Program-made: the position numbers and the translations under genes
NCBI GenBank assembly: GCA_001784725.1
Contig: MFRX01000009.1
Location: 22,335 to 68,414, forward strand
Origin: Candidatus Moranbacteria bacterium RIFCSPHIGHO2_02_FULL_40_12b
Lineage (GTDB): Bacteria; Patescibacteriota; Minisyncoccia; Moranbacterales; 2-12-FULL-40-10
Direction: 5' to 3'
Length of the DNA stretch: 46,080 nt
In this document: positions 15,057-23,597 of the stretch, in pieces
Layout of the letters: each line of letters starts with the position of its first letter
Numbering within the stretch: the stretch's first letter is position 1
The notes under the pieces: model-generated
What the model was told of the DNA's origin: nothing
Databases searched by the model: none
Seen by the model: only the letters and a program-made list of their open reading frames with translations

Positions 15057-15192
15057 TATTAAGACCTTAATTTCTAATTTTCAATTTCTAATTTCTAAAC
15101 AATTTATAATTTTTCAATGATTAAATTTTAAAATTGGATAATTGAATTATTGAAAATTGTTTGAAAATTTAAAATTGTGAATTGAAAATTTT
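15057..15192. repeat. AT-only heptamer palindromic intergenic element (AATTTCT class)
   Basis: aatttctaattttcaatttctaatttctaaacaattt faces aaattgtttgaaaatttaaaattgtgaattgaaaatt as an inverted repeat. Same style as 25205..25335. Confidence 0.65.
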
Positions 15193-16089
15193 ATGTTGAA
15201 TATTATCTCCAAAACAAAATACGCCTATATTTTCTCCATAACCCTGACGGTCTTAAGCGTTTTGAGCTTGATTTTCTGGGGCTTGCGTTTTGGTATTGAT
15301 TTTACCGGAGGAACTCTGATGGAAATAAAATTCTCCGGCAAGCCCCCCGATAATATTAAGATAGAAGAAATATTAAAAGATGCCAATCTGCAGGGGCTAA
15401 CGGTCCAAAAAACGGGATCTGATTCGGCAATTATCCGCTACGCGTCCGAGAGCGACGCGGTGAATAGAGAAGCATTTAAAAAAATATCGGAAAGGTCTGA
15501 GGGCGCCAAGCAGATGAGAGTGGAATTCATCAACTCGTCAATCTCAAAAGAACTGAAAAAAAAGTCCTTGTGGGCGATGTCTTGGGCGGTTCTCGGCATA
15601 TTACTCTATATATCCTGGGCATTTCGTAAGGTCTCCATGCCCGTAGAATCATGGAAATACGGCATTGGAGCGGTAATAGCCCTCATCCATGATGTTTTGA
15701 TTACAGTGGGCGTTTTTTCAGTCCTGGGGCATTATAAAGGCATAGAAATCGGCGTACCATTCATCGCGGCGCTATTGACGATTCTCGGATTTTCCGTCCA
15801 TGATACGATCGTGGTTTACGACCGGACAAGGGAAAATCTGCTGAAAGGGACGAGTAAAGAAAAATTTCCAGAAGTCGTGAATAGGAGCTTGAATGAAACA
15901 TTAATCCGTTCCATTAACACTTCGTTAACCGTAATAATTACTTTACTGGCGATTTACATATTTGGCGGCGAATCCGTCAGGCACTTTTCTCTTGCTCTTT
16001 TAGTCGGCGTGACATTCGGAACTTATTCTTCAATATTCATTGCCTCGGCGCTGTTGGTCACTATATATAAATATCAAATTAAACATTAA
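15193..16089 (+). CDS. secF: Protein-export membrane protein SecF
   Basis: 298 aa. Contains GIDFTGGT, six TM segments and FSVHDTIVVYDRTREN. Confidence 0.92.
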   Translation: MLNIISKTKYAYIFSITLTVLSVLSLIFWGLRFGIDFTGGTLMEIKFSGKPPDNIKIEEILKDANLQGLTVQKTGSDSAIIRYASESDAVNREAFKKISERSEGAKQMRVEFINSSISKELKKKSLWAMSWAVLGILLYISWAFRKVSMPVESWKYGIGAVIALIHDVLITVGVFSVLGHYKGIEIGVPFIAALLTILGFSVHDTIVVYDRTRENLLKGTSKEKFPEVVNRSLNETLIRSINTSLTVIITLLAIYIFGGESVRHFSLALLVGVTFGTYSSIFIASALLVTIYKYQIKH

Positions 16090-16146
16090 AGCATAAAAAC
16101 ATGAAAACAAAAAGTTGCTTTTGTGTTTTAATGTTCTATTGTTTTT

Positions 16147-16380
16147 ATGATTAACTGGAATCCGTTTAAAAAGAAAAATAATTCCGGGGTTCCCCATATG
16201 GGATTTCTTCAACGGCTTGCCATGAAGAAACTGGAAAAAATGAGTCCGGAGGAAAGGGAGAAAATCACGCGGGAAGCGATGAAACCGGAGAATATGGAAA
16301 AGATACAGAAAGTAATGGAGCAGATGGAATCCAGTGGTCAGTTTTCCGAAGAGCAGATGAATGAAACCAAGAAAAAATAA
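16147..16380 (+). CDS. Small hypothetical protein (77 aa, Lys/Glu/Met-rich)
   Basis: ORF only, with no recognisable motif. Confidence 0.35.
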   Translation: MINWNPFKKKNNSGVPHMGFLQRLAMKKLEKMSPEEREKITREAMKPENMEKIQKVMEQMESSGQFSEEQMNETKKK

Positions 16381-16402
16381 AGTTATAATTTCTAACGAAT
16401 TT

Positions 16403-16440
16403 ACATTTACTTCAATACTACTAAGTATTGAAGTAAATGT
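16403..16440. terminator. 17-bp perfect hairpin between convergent genes
   Basis: acatttacttcaatact / agtattgaagtaaatgt with loop acta. Confidence 0.6.
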
Positions 16441-16509
16441 CTGGTTGCAAGAAAAATTATTTTTTAGCAATTACTATTTTTTGAAAATTAAAAAGGCCAG
16501 GAGTAGTTT

Positions 16510-17112
16510 CTACTCGCTGGCCTTTGCTATTGTAATTTTGTTTCTGCCTCCACGCTTGGAAGCGTAGAGGGCGTTATCTGCTTTTTTAAAAACTTCTTCC
16601 ATGGTCAACTTGGAAGTCGAATCATATTCCATAATTCCGGCGCTGATCGTCACCTGAATGTTAGCGGGATTGGACTTTTCCACTTCGGCTCTAATACTCT
16701 CCGCGACTCTTATCGCTCCCTCGGTATCAGTATGGGGAAGTAGAATAATAAATTCTTCTCCGCCAAATCTTCCCGCTTTATCTGTTTCTCTGACTCTTTC
16801 CTTTATGATTTTTCCGATTTCTGCCAGTACCACATCGCCAACAGGATGTCCGTAGGTGTCGTTGATGTTCTTGAAATGGTCAATGTCAAACGTTATTACG
16901 GTTAATTTCACTCCATCTCTGCCGGCCCTTTTGTATTCCTGGCGGAATAAGTCCATTATACCTTTTCTGCTATAAAGTTTTGTTAATGGATCCGTTATTA
17001 CAGCAATTTTTAAAGTTTCGTTTTCAACGTTTAATTCTGTAATTTTTGTCTGTAATTCCTCAACTACCTTCTTTAAATATTCGTTTTCTGTTATTAATTC
17101 TTTGGTATTCAT
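16510..17112 (-). CDS. Diguanylate cyclase (GGDEF domain) with N-terminal coiled coil
   Basis: 200 aa with DPLTKLYSRKG, FDIDHFKNINDTYGH and the active site RFGGEEF. A hairpin at 16494..16523 overlaps its stop codon. Confidence 0.9.
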   Translation of the reverse strand: MNTKELITENEYLKKVVEELQTKITELNVENETLKIAVITDPLTKLYSRKGIMDLFRQEYKRAGRDGVKLTVITFDIDHFKNINDTYGHPVGDVVLAEIGKIIKERVRETDKAGRFGGEEFIILLPHTDTEGAIRVAESIRAEVEKSNPANIQVTISAGIMEYDSTSKLTMEEVFKKADNALYASKRGGRNKITIAKASE

Positions 17113-17271
17113 CTTTACCTACCACTCCTTTTTTCAGGTTATTTTTAGTTTTTAAATTACTCGGCTTTATCGCCGTAATTATCTATGTTAGCATAAAAAT
17201 TAATTTATGTCAAGTTGACTGGTTTTTGAGATATGATATTATAAAAAAACTGATAATTTAACTTTTAAAAT

Positions 17272-17571
17272 ATGAAAAAAGAATCACTTCAGCCGGAACT
17301 GCCGATAGAAATAGAGGAATTGAAGAAAAAAAACTTCAAGATTAATCTTGCCCTGTATTTAATAATGGGAATTTTACTGGGAGTGATAGTGAAGACTGAA
17401 GCAATGAAAAGAGTGGTTGTCGGCTTTGACGATTATAAATTAGCCGGTATCAGGCGGGATTATGACATTAATAAGCTTGAAAAGGACTTGATTGAAAAAG
17501 CCAAAGCGCAAAAAGATAATCCCCAACAGCAGGCCCAGGGCATTCAGGCGGGGGGAATTTGCGGACAATAG
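17272..17571 (+). CDS. Hypothetical small membrane protein
   Basis: 99-aa ORF with one hydrophobic helix (LALYLIMGILLGVIV). Confidence 0.4.
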   Translation: MKKESLQPELPIEIEELKKKNFKINLALYLIMGILLGVIVKTEAMKRVVVGFDDYKLAGIRRDYDINKLEKDLIEKAKAQKDNPQQQAQGIQAGGICGQ

Positions 17572-17577
17572 CAGCGA

Positions 17578-17615
17578 CCCGAATGACCCTAATTACCGCC
17601 CGAATGACCCAAATT
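17578..17615 (+). repeat. Tandem 17-nt direct repeat (period 21)
   Basis: cccgaatgaccctaatt (17578..17594) and cccgaatgacccaaatt (17599..17615). Confidence 0.7.
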
Positions 17616-17641
17616 TTTTAATAATTAATTTTTTTAAACAA

Positions 17642-18727
17642 ATGGAAGAAAAAAAGGAAATAGAAACCATTGAAAATCCAATGGGAGGCAAGGATCCCGC
17701 CTTTACTGAAGCTTCGGCGGACAAGAAAAAAATAAAAAATTTAATTTCCATAGTAATTTTGCTGGCCGGTTTGTTTATCGGCAGTGTTTTTGTCGATGTT
17801 GTGCAAATGACTAAAGGTGGAGGTTATTCCCAAAAAGCGCTCAACAAAACGGATGTGTTTGAATCCAACGGTAAAACATGGGTGGCTTTTACCGATCCCC
17901 TCATTAAAATTCAGGTTTTGACGGATGAAAAATGCGAGCAGTGCAAACCCGATGATGTCTTAGTGTCACTCCGCCGCGTGATGCCGACGATTTCCGTTTC
18001 GAAAGTTGACAGCAATTCCGACGAAGGTAAGAAAATAATTTCTGATTTCAGCGTAAAATCCCTGCCGGCTTTTATTTTTTCGGAGGAACTGGAAAAATCG
18101 AGTTTTTTCAGCCAGGTGCAGCCATTGTTTGAAAAGAAAGAAAATAAATACGTGATGAATACCGCGGAAGCGGGAATCAAAGCCGGAAAATTTATCGAAC
18201 TTCCCCAGATTAGCGACTCTGACATTAAAATCGGACCGGCAGACGCGAAAGTCAGGATCACGGAGTTTTCGGATTTCCAATGCCCATATTGCAAAAAATT
18301 ACATGAAGATGTAATTTCCAAAATGCTGAAGGACTATGGAGATAAAGTGCTTTTTGTTTACAAACATCTTCCACTCGCTATCCATCCTCAAGCGGAAAAC
18401 GCCGCGCTGGCTTCCGAATGCGCCAACGAGCAGGGAAAATTCAACAATTACATGGATAAGCTTTTCGCCAGCCAGACCGAATGGGGAAAGACCACGGGAA
18501 CCCAAAGCTTTAAAAATTACGCGGCGCAATCAGGATTGAATCAGGCGCAGTTTAACAGTTGTCTGGATAGCAAGAAATATCAAAGCAAGATCGACGAAAA
18601 CAAAAAAGAAGCCGGAAATTTCGGGATTACCGGAACACCCTCGTTTTTCATAAACGACACCTTTGAAAACGGCGCGGTTCCGTATGATGACGTAAAAAAG
18701 ATTATTGACCAGGAACTACAGAAATAG
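17642..18727 (+). CDS. DsbA-family thiol:disulfide oxidoreductase, membrane-anchored, two thioredoxin-like modules
   Basis: Active site FSDFQCPYCKK, an upstream CEQC, and an N-terminal TM segment (LISIVILLAGLFIGSVFV). Start moved to the Met at 17642, because the ORF-track start at 17492 overlaps the previous gene and reads through the repeat. Confidence 0.8.
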   Translation: MEEKKEIETIENPMGGKDPAFTEASADKKKIKNLISIVILLAGLFIGSVFVDVVQMTKGGGYSQKALNKTDVFESNGKTWVAFTDPLIKIQVLTDEKCEQCKPDDVLVSLRRVMPTISVSKVDSNSDEGKKIISDFSVKSLPAFIFSEELEKSSFFSQVQPLFEKKENKYVMNTAEAGIKAGKFIELPQISDSDIKIGPADAKVRITEFSDFQCPYCKKLHEDVISKMLKDYGDKVLFVYKHLPLAIHPQAENAALASECANEQGKFNNYMDKLFASQTEWGKTTGTQSFKNYAAQSGLNQAQFNSCLDSKKYQSKIDENKKEAGNFGITGTPSFFINDTFENGAVPYDDVKKIIDQELQK

Positions 18728-18787
18728 CAAAAAGATAAAATTGTAATACTTTTGGGAGGCAGGTGAATCAATGTTACTGCCTCCTTT

Positions 18788-20401
18788 TTGTATGCTATAA
18801 TAAAGAAAAATAAATCTATGCAGGACTTGAATGATTTATTATCCAGCGTGCATTATTTGAATCACCCTTTGCTTTCGGGCCTAAGCGCCTTGCTTATTTT
18901 ATTAATGGGCATTTTTGTCCTTTCAAGAGACAGGAAATCCGAACTTTACAGGACTTTCTTTTGGATAACTTTAGTAATGAGCATTTGGTTTTTTGGAAAC
19001 GCTTTGTCAATGTTTTATTTTAATAATTTTGAATACGCGTTTTTTTGGTTTAAATTCGGTTATACGACAGTGCCCCTCTTATCTATATCTTATTATCATT
19101 TTTATCTTGCTTATTTCAAAAAAGAAAAAAGGATTCTTTACTCCCTTTACATTATTGGTATCCTGGAGATTATTTATCTTTGGCTTTTTTCTGGCGACCA
19201 TAAAACAGCGGATTATGTTTTGCCGAATGTGGGCGTGATTTGGCGGACAATGTCGCCAATTTTTTACTTCCTCCTTTTTGGGATGGTTAAATATATTATT
19301 TTATCAACGGTAACAACTGTATCTTTTTTAAATAAATACAGAAAAGAAACCGCGCTTCTTAAAAAACAGGAACTCAAGTATTTAACCGCTGTATTTTTTG
19401 TTACTATTTTTGGCACTATAGAATGGCTGGTAATATTTGGTATCCCGCTTCACATTGCCTGGCCTGTGCTTCCTGTTCTTGTCGGTCTTATCGCCTACGC
19501 TATTCTAAAATACCAGCTAATGAACATCAAGATAATCATTAAGAAGGCCTTTTTCTATTCAGTCGGCATTGCCCTAGCCGGCGGGATTATTATGGCAGTC
19601 AGTTTCCTCTCCAGTTGGTTTACAGAACGTATTCCCGGATTCAAATTCTGGACAATTCCTTTGCTCGCCGGCACCGCGGCTTTCATTATCGGCAACATTT
19701 TCTGGCGGAAATCCAAAGAAGTGGACAAACTGAAATATGAATTCATAACAGTTGCCGCCCATAAATTGAGAACCCCCCTCACTGAAATTAAATGGGCGGC
19801 GGATGTCGCAAGTGACCAAAAACTAGAAGAAAAAGAAAGGCAGAGATTAATTTCCCAGATAGAATATTCCGCTAACCGACTCATTGATCTTTCCGACGAA
19901 CTGCTGCAAGTCGCTCAAACGGAGTCCGGACAATTTACATATAAATTAAATCCAGAAGATCTTGAGGAAATTGCGAGAGAAGAAATAGCCGATATGGAAA
20001 GCCGCATCAGGGAGAAAAACATAAAACTGACGCTTGAAGCGGAAAAAAATATTCCTAAAATTAATATAGACCGCATCAGGATCAGTTCAGTAATTCAATC
20101 GCTTTTGGAAAACGCGGTAATGTACACAAAAGACCAAATAAACATATCTATCAGAAAAGACAGGACAGAAGTAATATTTTCAATTAAAGATAACGGCATG
20201 GGTGTTTCCAAAGACGACCAGCCGTATATTTTCAGCAAGCTTTATCGGGCTCAAAATGCCTATCTTGCGGATACAGAGGGGTCAGGAATAAATCTTTTTC
20301 TCGCCAAAAGCATTGTTGAAAAACATGGCGGTAAAATTAATGTTAACAGCGAAGGGGCAGGGAAGGGAAGCGAGTTTTGGTTTAAACTAAAGATAATCTA
20401 G
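18788..20401 (+). CDS. Membrane sensor histidine kinase
   Basis: 537 aa. About 7 TM helices, an H-box FITVAAHKLRTPL, an N-box ENAVMYT, and G-boxes DNGMGV / GSGINL. An alternative start lies at 18818. Confidence 0.9.
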   Translation: MYAIIKKNKSMQDLNDLLSSVHYLNHPLLSGLSALLILLMGIFVLSRDRKSELYRTFFWITLVMSIWFFGNALSMFYFNNFEYAFFWFKFGYTTVPLLSISYYHFYLAYFKKEKRILYSLYIIGILEIIYLWLFSGDHKTADYVLPNVGVIWRTMSPIFYFLLFGMVKYIILSTVTTVSFLNKYRKETALLKKQELKYLTAVFFVTIFGTIEWLVIFGIPLHIAWPVLPVLVGLIAYAILKYQLMNIKIIIKKAFFYSVGIALAGGIIMAVSFLSSWFTERIPGFKFWTIPLLAGTAAFIIGNIFWRKSKEVDKLKYEFITVAAHKLRTPLTEIKWAADVASDQKLEEKERQRLISQIEYSANRLIDLSDELLQVAQTESGQFTYKLNPEDLEEIAREEIADMESRIREKNIKLTLEAEKNIPKINIDRIRISSVIQSLLENAVMYTKDQINISIRKDRTEVIFSIKDNGMGVSKDDQPYIFSKLYRAQNAYLADTEGSGINLFLAKSIVEKHGGKINVNSEGAGKGSEFWFKLKII

Positions 20402-20431
20402 TTTTTTTGACTAAGTAAAGAATTTATTTTG

Positions 20432-20440
20432 TGGTATAAT
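20432..20440 (+). promoter_or_regulatory. Extended -10 promoter element TGGTATAAT
   Basis: Exact TGnTATAAT immediately upstream of the 20443..20524 repeat, which places the repeat in the porG 5' UTR. Confidence 0.5.
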
Positions 20441-20442
20441 AA

Positions 20443-20524
20443 TTTTACGAATTACGAATTTCATACGAATATACGAATAAATCTTTTGAGAAATTCGTAT
20501 ATTAGTAATTGATTAGTAATTAAT
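20443..20524. repeat. Heptamer-based palindromic element (TACGAAT class), upstream of porG
   Basis: ttttacgaattacgaatttcatacgaatatacgaata ... aaattcgtatattagtaattgattagtaattaat. Near-identical to 4768..4851. Confidence 0.8.
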
Positions 20525-20535
20525 AAAAAAATTGC

Positions 20536-21105
20536 ATGAAATTCAACGAAACATTTGAAATAATATTTTTTGCCCGCGCGGGCCAGGGCGCTAAAGCGGC
20601 CGCGGAAATCATCGCCCAGGCGGCGGTGAGCGAGGGAAAATTCGTCCAGGCCTTCCCCTTTTTCGGGCCGGAAAGAAGCGGCGCGCCGACTAAATCATTT
20701 GTCCGCGTTTCAGAAATCCCGATCAGTACCCACGAACCGATAGCGGATCCGGACGCAGTCGTGGTTTTGGACGACACGCTTCTGGGAAGCGTTGATGTCG
20801 CGGAAAATCTGGATATGAATGAATCACTGATAATCAATACTTCAAAAAGCCATGATGAAATAAAAAAATCAGTTCCGAAATTCAGAGGCAAGGCCTATCT
20901 TATTGACGGAAATAAGATTTCATCGGCAATTATCGGGCAGCCCAGGCCTAATTCGGTGATTTTGGGAAAAATCGCGAATGTGACTGGAGTCGTTAAGCTT
21001 GAAAGCATTTTCAGCGAGTTCCGGAAATTATTCGCTCCAAAAATAGGAGAGGAGGAAACGGAAAAAAATATAGAGGCCATACAAAAAGGATACGACGCGA
21101 TATAA
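20536..21105 (+). CDS. porG: 2-oxoacid (pyruvate):ferredoxin oxidoreductase, gamma subunit
   Basis: 189 aa. GQGAKAAAEIIAQAA and FFGPERSGAP are typical of POR/KOR gamma subunits. First gene of the por-type operon. Confidence 0.88.
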   Translation: MKFNETFEIIFFARAGQGAKAAAEIIAQAAVSEGKFVQAFPFFGPERSGAPTKSFVRVSEIPISTHEPIADPDAVVVLDDTLLGSVDVAENLDMNESLIINTSKSHDEIKKSVPKFRGKAYLIDGNKISSAIIGQPRPNSVILGKIANVTGVVKLESIFSEFRKLFAPKIGEEETEKNIEAIQKGYDAI

Positions 21106-21136
21106 CTTTATGAATTACTAATTAGTAAAAAATTTC

Positions 21137-21484
21137 ATGGAAATCGGCGCAGTCATAAAACACGACATCAAAAAAGCCCCCAAAACGGGCGACTGGCGGT
21201 ATATGAAGCCGGAAGTCATCAAAGAAAAATGCGTCGGATGCGGCGCATGCGTCAAATATTGCCCGGAGGCGGTAATAGAAACAATTGACAGAAAACAATT
21301 GACAATTGACCACGGTAAAATGTCAAAGGTCAAGGGTCAAATATTGAGCAACGAAGTTGCTCAAATAGATTATTATTTTTGCAAAGGGTGCGGAGTTTGC
21401 GCCAATGTCTGCCCGGAAAAAGCGATAATAATGAAAAAAGAAACGGAATGCGTAAAATGCGGAATGGAAGCAGAGAGAGAATAA
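21137..21484 (+). CDS. porD: 2-oxoacid:ferredoxin oxidoreductase, delta subunit (2x[4Fe-4S] ferredoxin)
   Basis: Two CxxCxxCxxxCP motifs: CVGCGACVKYCP and CKGCGVCANVCP. Confidence 0.88.
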   Translation: MEIGAVIKHDIKKAPKTGDWRYMKPEVIKEKCVGCGACVKYCPEAVIETIDRKQLTIDHGKMSKVKGQILSNEVAQIDYYFCKGCGVCANVCPEKAIIMKKETECVKCGMEAERE

Positions 21485-21519
21485 ATTTTATAATATATAT
21501 TAAAATATATACTTCGGTA

Positions 21520-22689
21520 ATGAATAATAATAAAACAAAAAATAAGGCGCTGACTGGCGGAGCCGCAATGGCCGAGGCGTTCCGGCAAATAAATCCGGAC
21601 GTGATGCCGGTCTATCCCATCACGCCCCAGACCCCGATTATTGAGACCTTTGCCAAATTTCAGGCCGAGCGGATTGTGGAAACCGAAATAATTCCAGTTG
21701 AATCAGAACATAGCGCGATGAGCGCCTGCGTCGGATCCTCGGCGGCGGGAGCAAGAACAGTAACGGCAACCAGTTCCCAGGGACTGGCCCTTATGAATGA
21801 AGTGCTCTATATCGCCAGCGGTTTGCGCCTGCCGATTTTAATGGCGGTTTCGGCACGGGCGCTTTCCGCCCCGATCAATATTCACGGAGAACACGGCGAC
21901 GTAATGGGCGCGCGCGACACCGGCTGGATCCAGATTTTTTCGGAAAATGTCCAGGAGGCCTATGACAACGTGATAATTGGATTGAAACTCGCGGAGAAAA
22001 CGATGCTTCCGATAATGGTTATTATGGACGGATTTATTACTTCGCATTCAGTTGAAAATCTTGAAATTCTAACTGATGAAAAGGTAAAATCATTCGCCGG
22101 CGAATATAAGCCGGAAAAATTCCTCCTAAATTTGGAAGATCCTGTTACTTTCGGTCCGGTGGGACTTCCCAATTCTTATTTTGAGTTCAAAATCGACCAG
22201 GGAAAAGCGATGGAAAGAGTTTTTGATATGTATAAAAAAATTACAGGGGACTTTCATACAATTTCTCTCCGGAATTATGATCTTCTGGAAAAATATAAAT
22301 CGGATGATGCCGAGCAGATTATTGTCATTGCCGGTTCCGCGGCGGGAACCGCGAAGGAAGTGGTTGATAAATTAAGGAATGAAGGAAAGAAAGTTGGACT
22401 TGTAAAAATAAAACTTTTCCGCCCGTTTCCCCATAAAGAAATCGCTGAAGCGCTGAAAAATTCCAAAAGCGTTGCCGTCCTTGACCGCGCAATGTCATTC
22501 GGAACTACGCCGCCGTTGTATTCGGAAATTGTTAATTCTTTGCATGGTACATATTACGAGTTACTAATTACTAGTTACGTTTATGGTCTCGGCGGCCGGG
22601 ATATTTTTCAAAAAAATATCGAAAAGGTTTTTAACGATATGATTAACGGGCGATATATTGAAGAGGAAAAATATCTTAATTCAAAATAA
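21520..22689 (+). CDS. porA: 2-oxoacid:ferredoxin oxidoreductase, alpha subunit
   Basis: N-terminus MNNNKTKNKALTGGAAMAEAFRQINPDVMPVYPITPQT matches POR-alpha. Start moved from 21379 to 21520, because the upstream extension overlaps porD. Confidence 0.9.
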   Translation: MNNNKTKNKALTGGAAMAEAFRQINPDVMPVYPITPQTPIIETFAKFQAERIVETEIIPVESEHSAMSACVGSSAAGARTVTATSSQGLALMNEVLYIASGLRLPILMAVSARALSAPINIHGEHGDVMGARDTGWIQIFSENVQEAYDNVIIGLKLAEKTMLPIMVIMDGFITSHSVENLEILTDEKVKSFAGEYKPEKFLLNLEDPVTFGPVGLPNSYFEFKIDQGKAMERVFDMYKKITGDFHTISLRNYDLLEKYKSDDAEQIIVIAGSAAGTAKEVVDKLRNEGKKVGLVKIKLFRPFPHKEIAEALKNSKSVAVLDRAMSFGTTPPLYSEIVNSLHGTYYELLITSYVYGLGGRDIFQKNIEKVFNDMINGRYIEEEKYLNSK

Positions 22690-22692
22690 TTT

Positions 22693-23589
22693 ATGGAAGA
22701 AGATAAAATAAAAAATGAATCAGAGGAAATAGGAAAAGTGTACGAAGAGTATGTTGAAAAAGTAGAGAAACTAAGATCCGAAGAAAACAGCATAATTGAC
22801 GAGCTTGAAGAGAAAATGGAAGAAATAAAAAATGTTGAAATAGAAAAACTCAGAGAAAACGAGGAGAAACTGGGAGAAGTTAAAAATGATTTCCAAAAAG
22901 CGCTTGACGGATTGAAAGCGGAGTATAACGTTATTGCTTCAGCCCGGCAAAGAAATAAAGTATTAACGCATCCGGAGCAAGCAAGCATGGTTCAAAAAAA
23001 GGAGAAAAAAGCGGAATTAAAAAAAGAAAAGAAAAAAGAAAATATATATCTGAAATCGGAAAAAAGCGAAACTCAAGACATGGAAAAATTAGTTGAAAAA
23101 AAACCGGCGATAGAACCCGGGCCATCAGATGATTTCAATTCGCCGAGTGACAAGCCAGAAGAAGAAAAAATGACGGAGGTTGTTCAGGAAAATGTAGATA
23201 ATGAAACTTCCGGATTTCCCAAGCCGGAACCGATAACGGAAAAATTGATCCGGGAAGAACCGGTGGATGAAACGGCAAGTCCTCAAATAACTCAAGATAA
23301 TTCGGCAAATATTGCAACAGAACCGGAACCGCCGAAAATGACTTTTGAATCGCCCAAAGAGAATTATGAACCGCGCATTCTAGAGATAAAAACAAGAGAG
23401 GACTTGATAAATCTCCTTGATTCAATACCGGGAATTCAGGATAAAGAAAAATTTTTTACGTCCGACGAATTAAAAAAAGCGGCGATTGAAGCGCTGGACA
23501 GCAGGAACAAAAAACTGCTGGATAATATAACTCGCAAGAATAATCTGCGCCTCAAGGTTTATGAAATAATGAGGCATGAAGAAAAATAA
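22693..23589 (+). CDS. Acidic, low-complexity hypothetical protein located between porA and porB
   Basis: 298 aa. Glu/Lys-rich coiled-coil-like N-terminal third and Pro/Glu-rich middle. Tightly packed: 3 nt after the porA stop and 8 nt before the porB start. Confidence 0.6.
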   Translation: MEEDKIKNESEEIGKVYEEYVEKVEKLRSEENSIIDELEEKMEEIKNVEIEKLRENEEKLGEVKNDFQKALDGLKAEYNVIASARQRNKVLTHPEQASMVQKKEKKAELKKEKKKENIYLKSEKSETQDMEKLVEKKPAIEPGPSDDFNSPSDKPEEEKMTEVVQENVDNETSGFPKPEPITEKLIREEPVDETASPQITQDNSANIATEPEPPKMTFESPKENYEPRILEIKTREDLINLLDSIPGIQDKEKFFTSDELKKAAIEALDSRNKKLLDNITRKNNLRLKVYEIMRHEEK

Positions 23590-23597
23590 CAAAATAA

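Noticed and set aside
17492-17641. N-terminal extension of the DsbA-like ORF (start at 17492)
   Set aside because: It overlaps the 3' end of the previous ORF by 80 nt. It is encoded largely by the tandem CCGAATGACCC repeat (translating to DPNDPNYRPNDPN). The Met at 17642 is followed directly by the membrane anchor.
21379-21519. N-terminal extension of porA (start at 21379)
   Set aside because: It overlaps porD in another frame. The conserved POR-alpha N-terminus begins at the Met at 21520.
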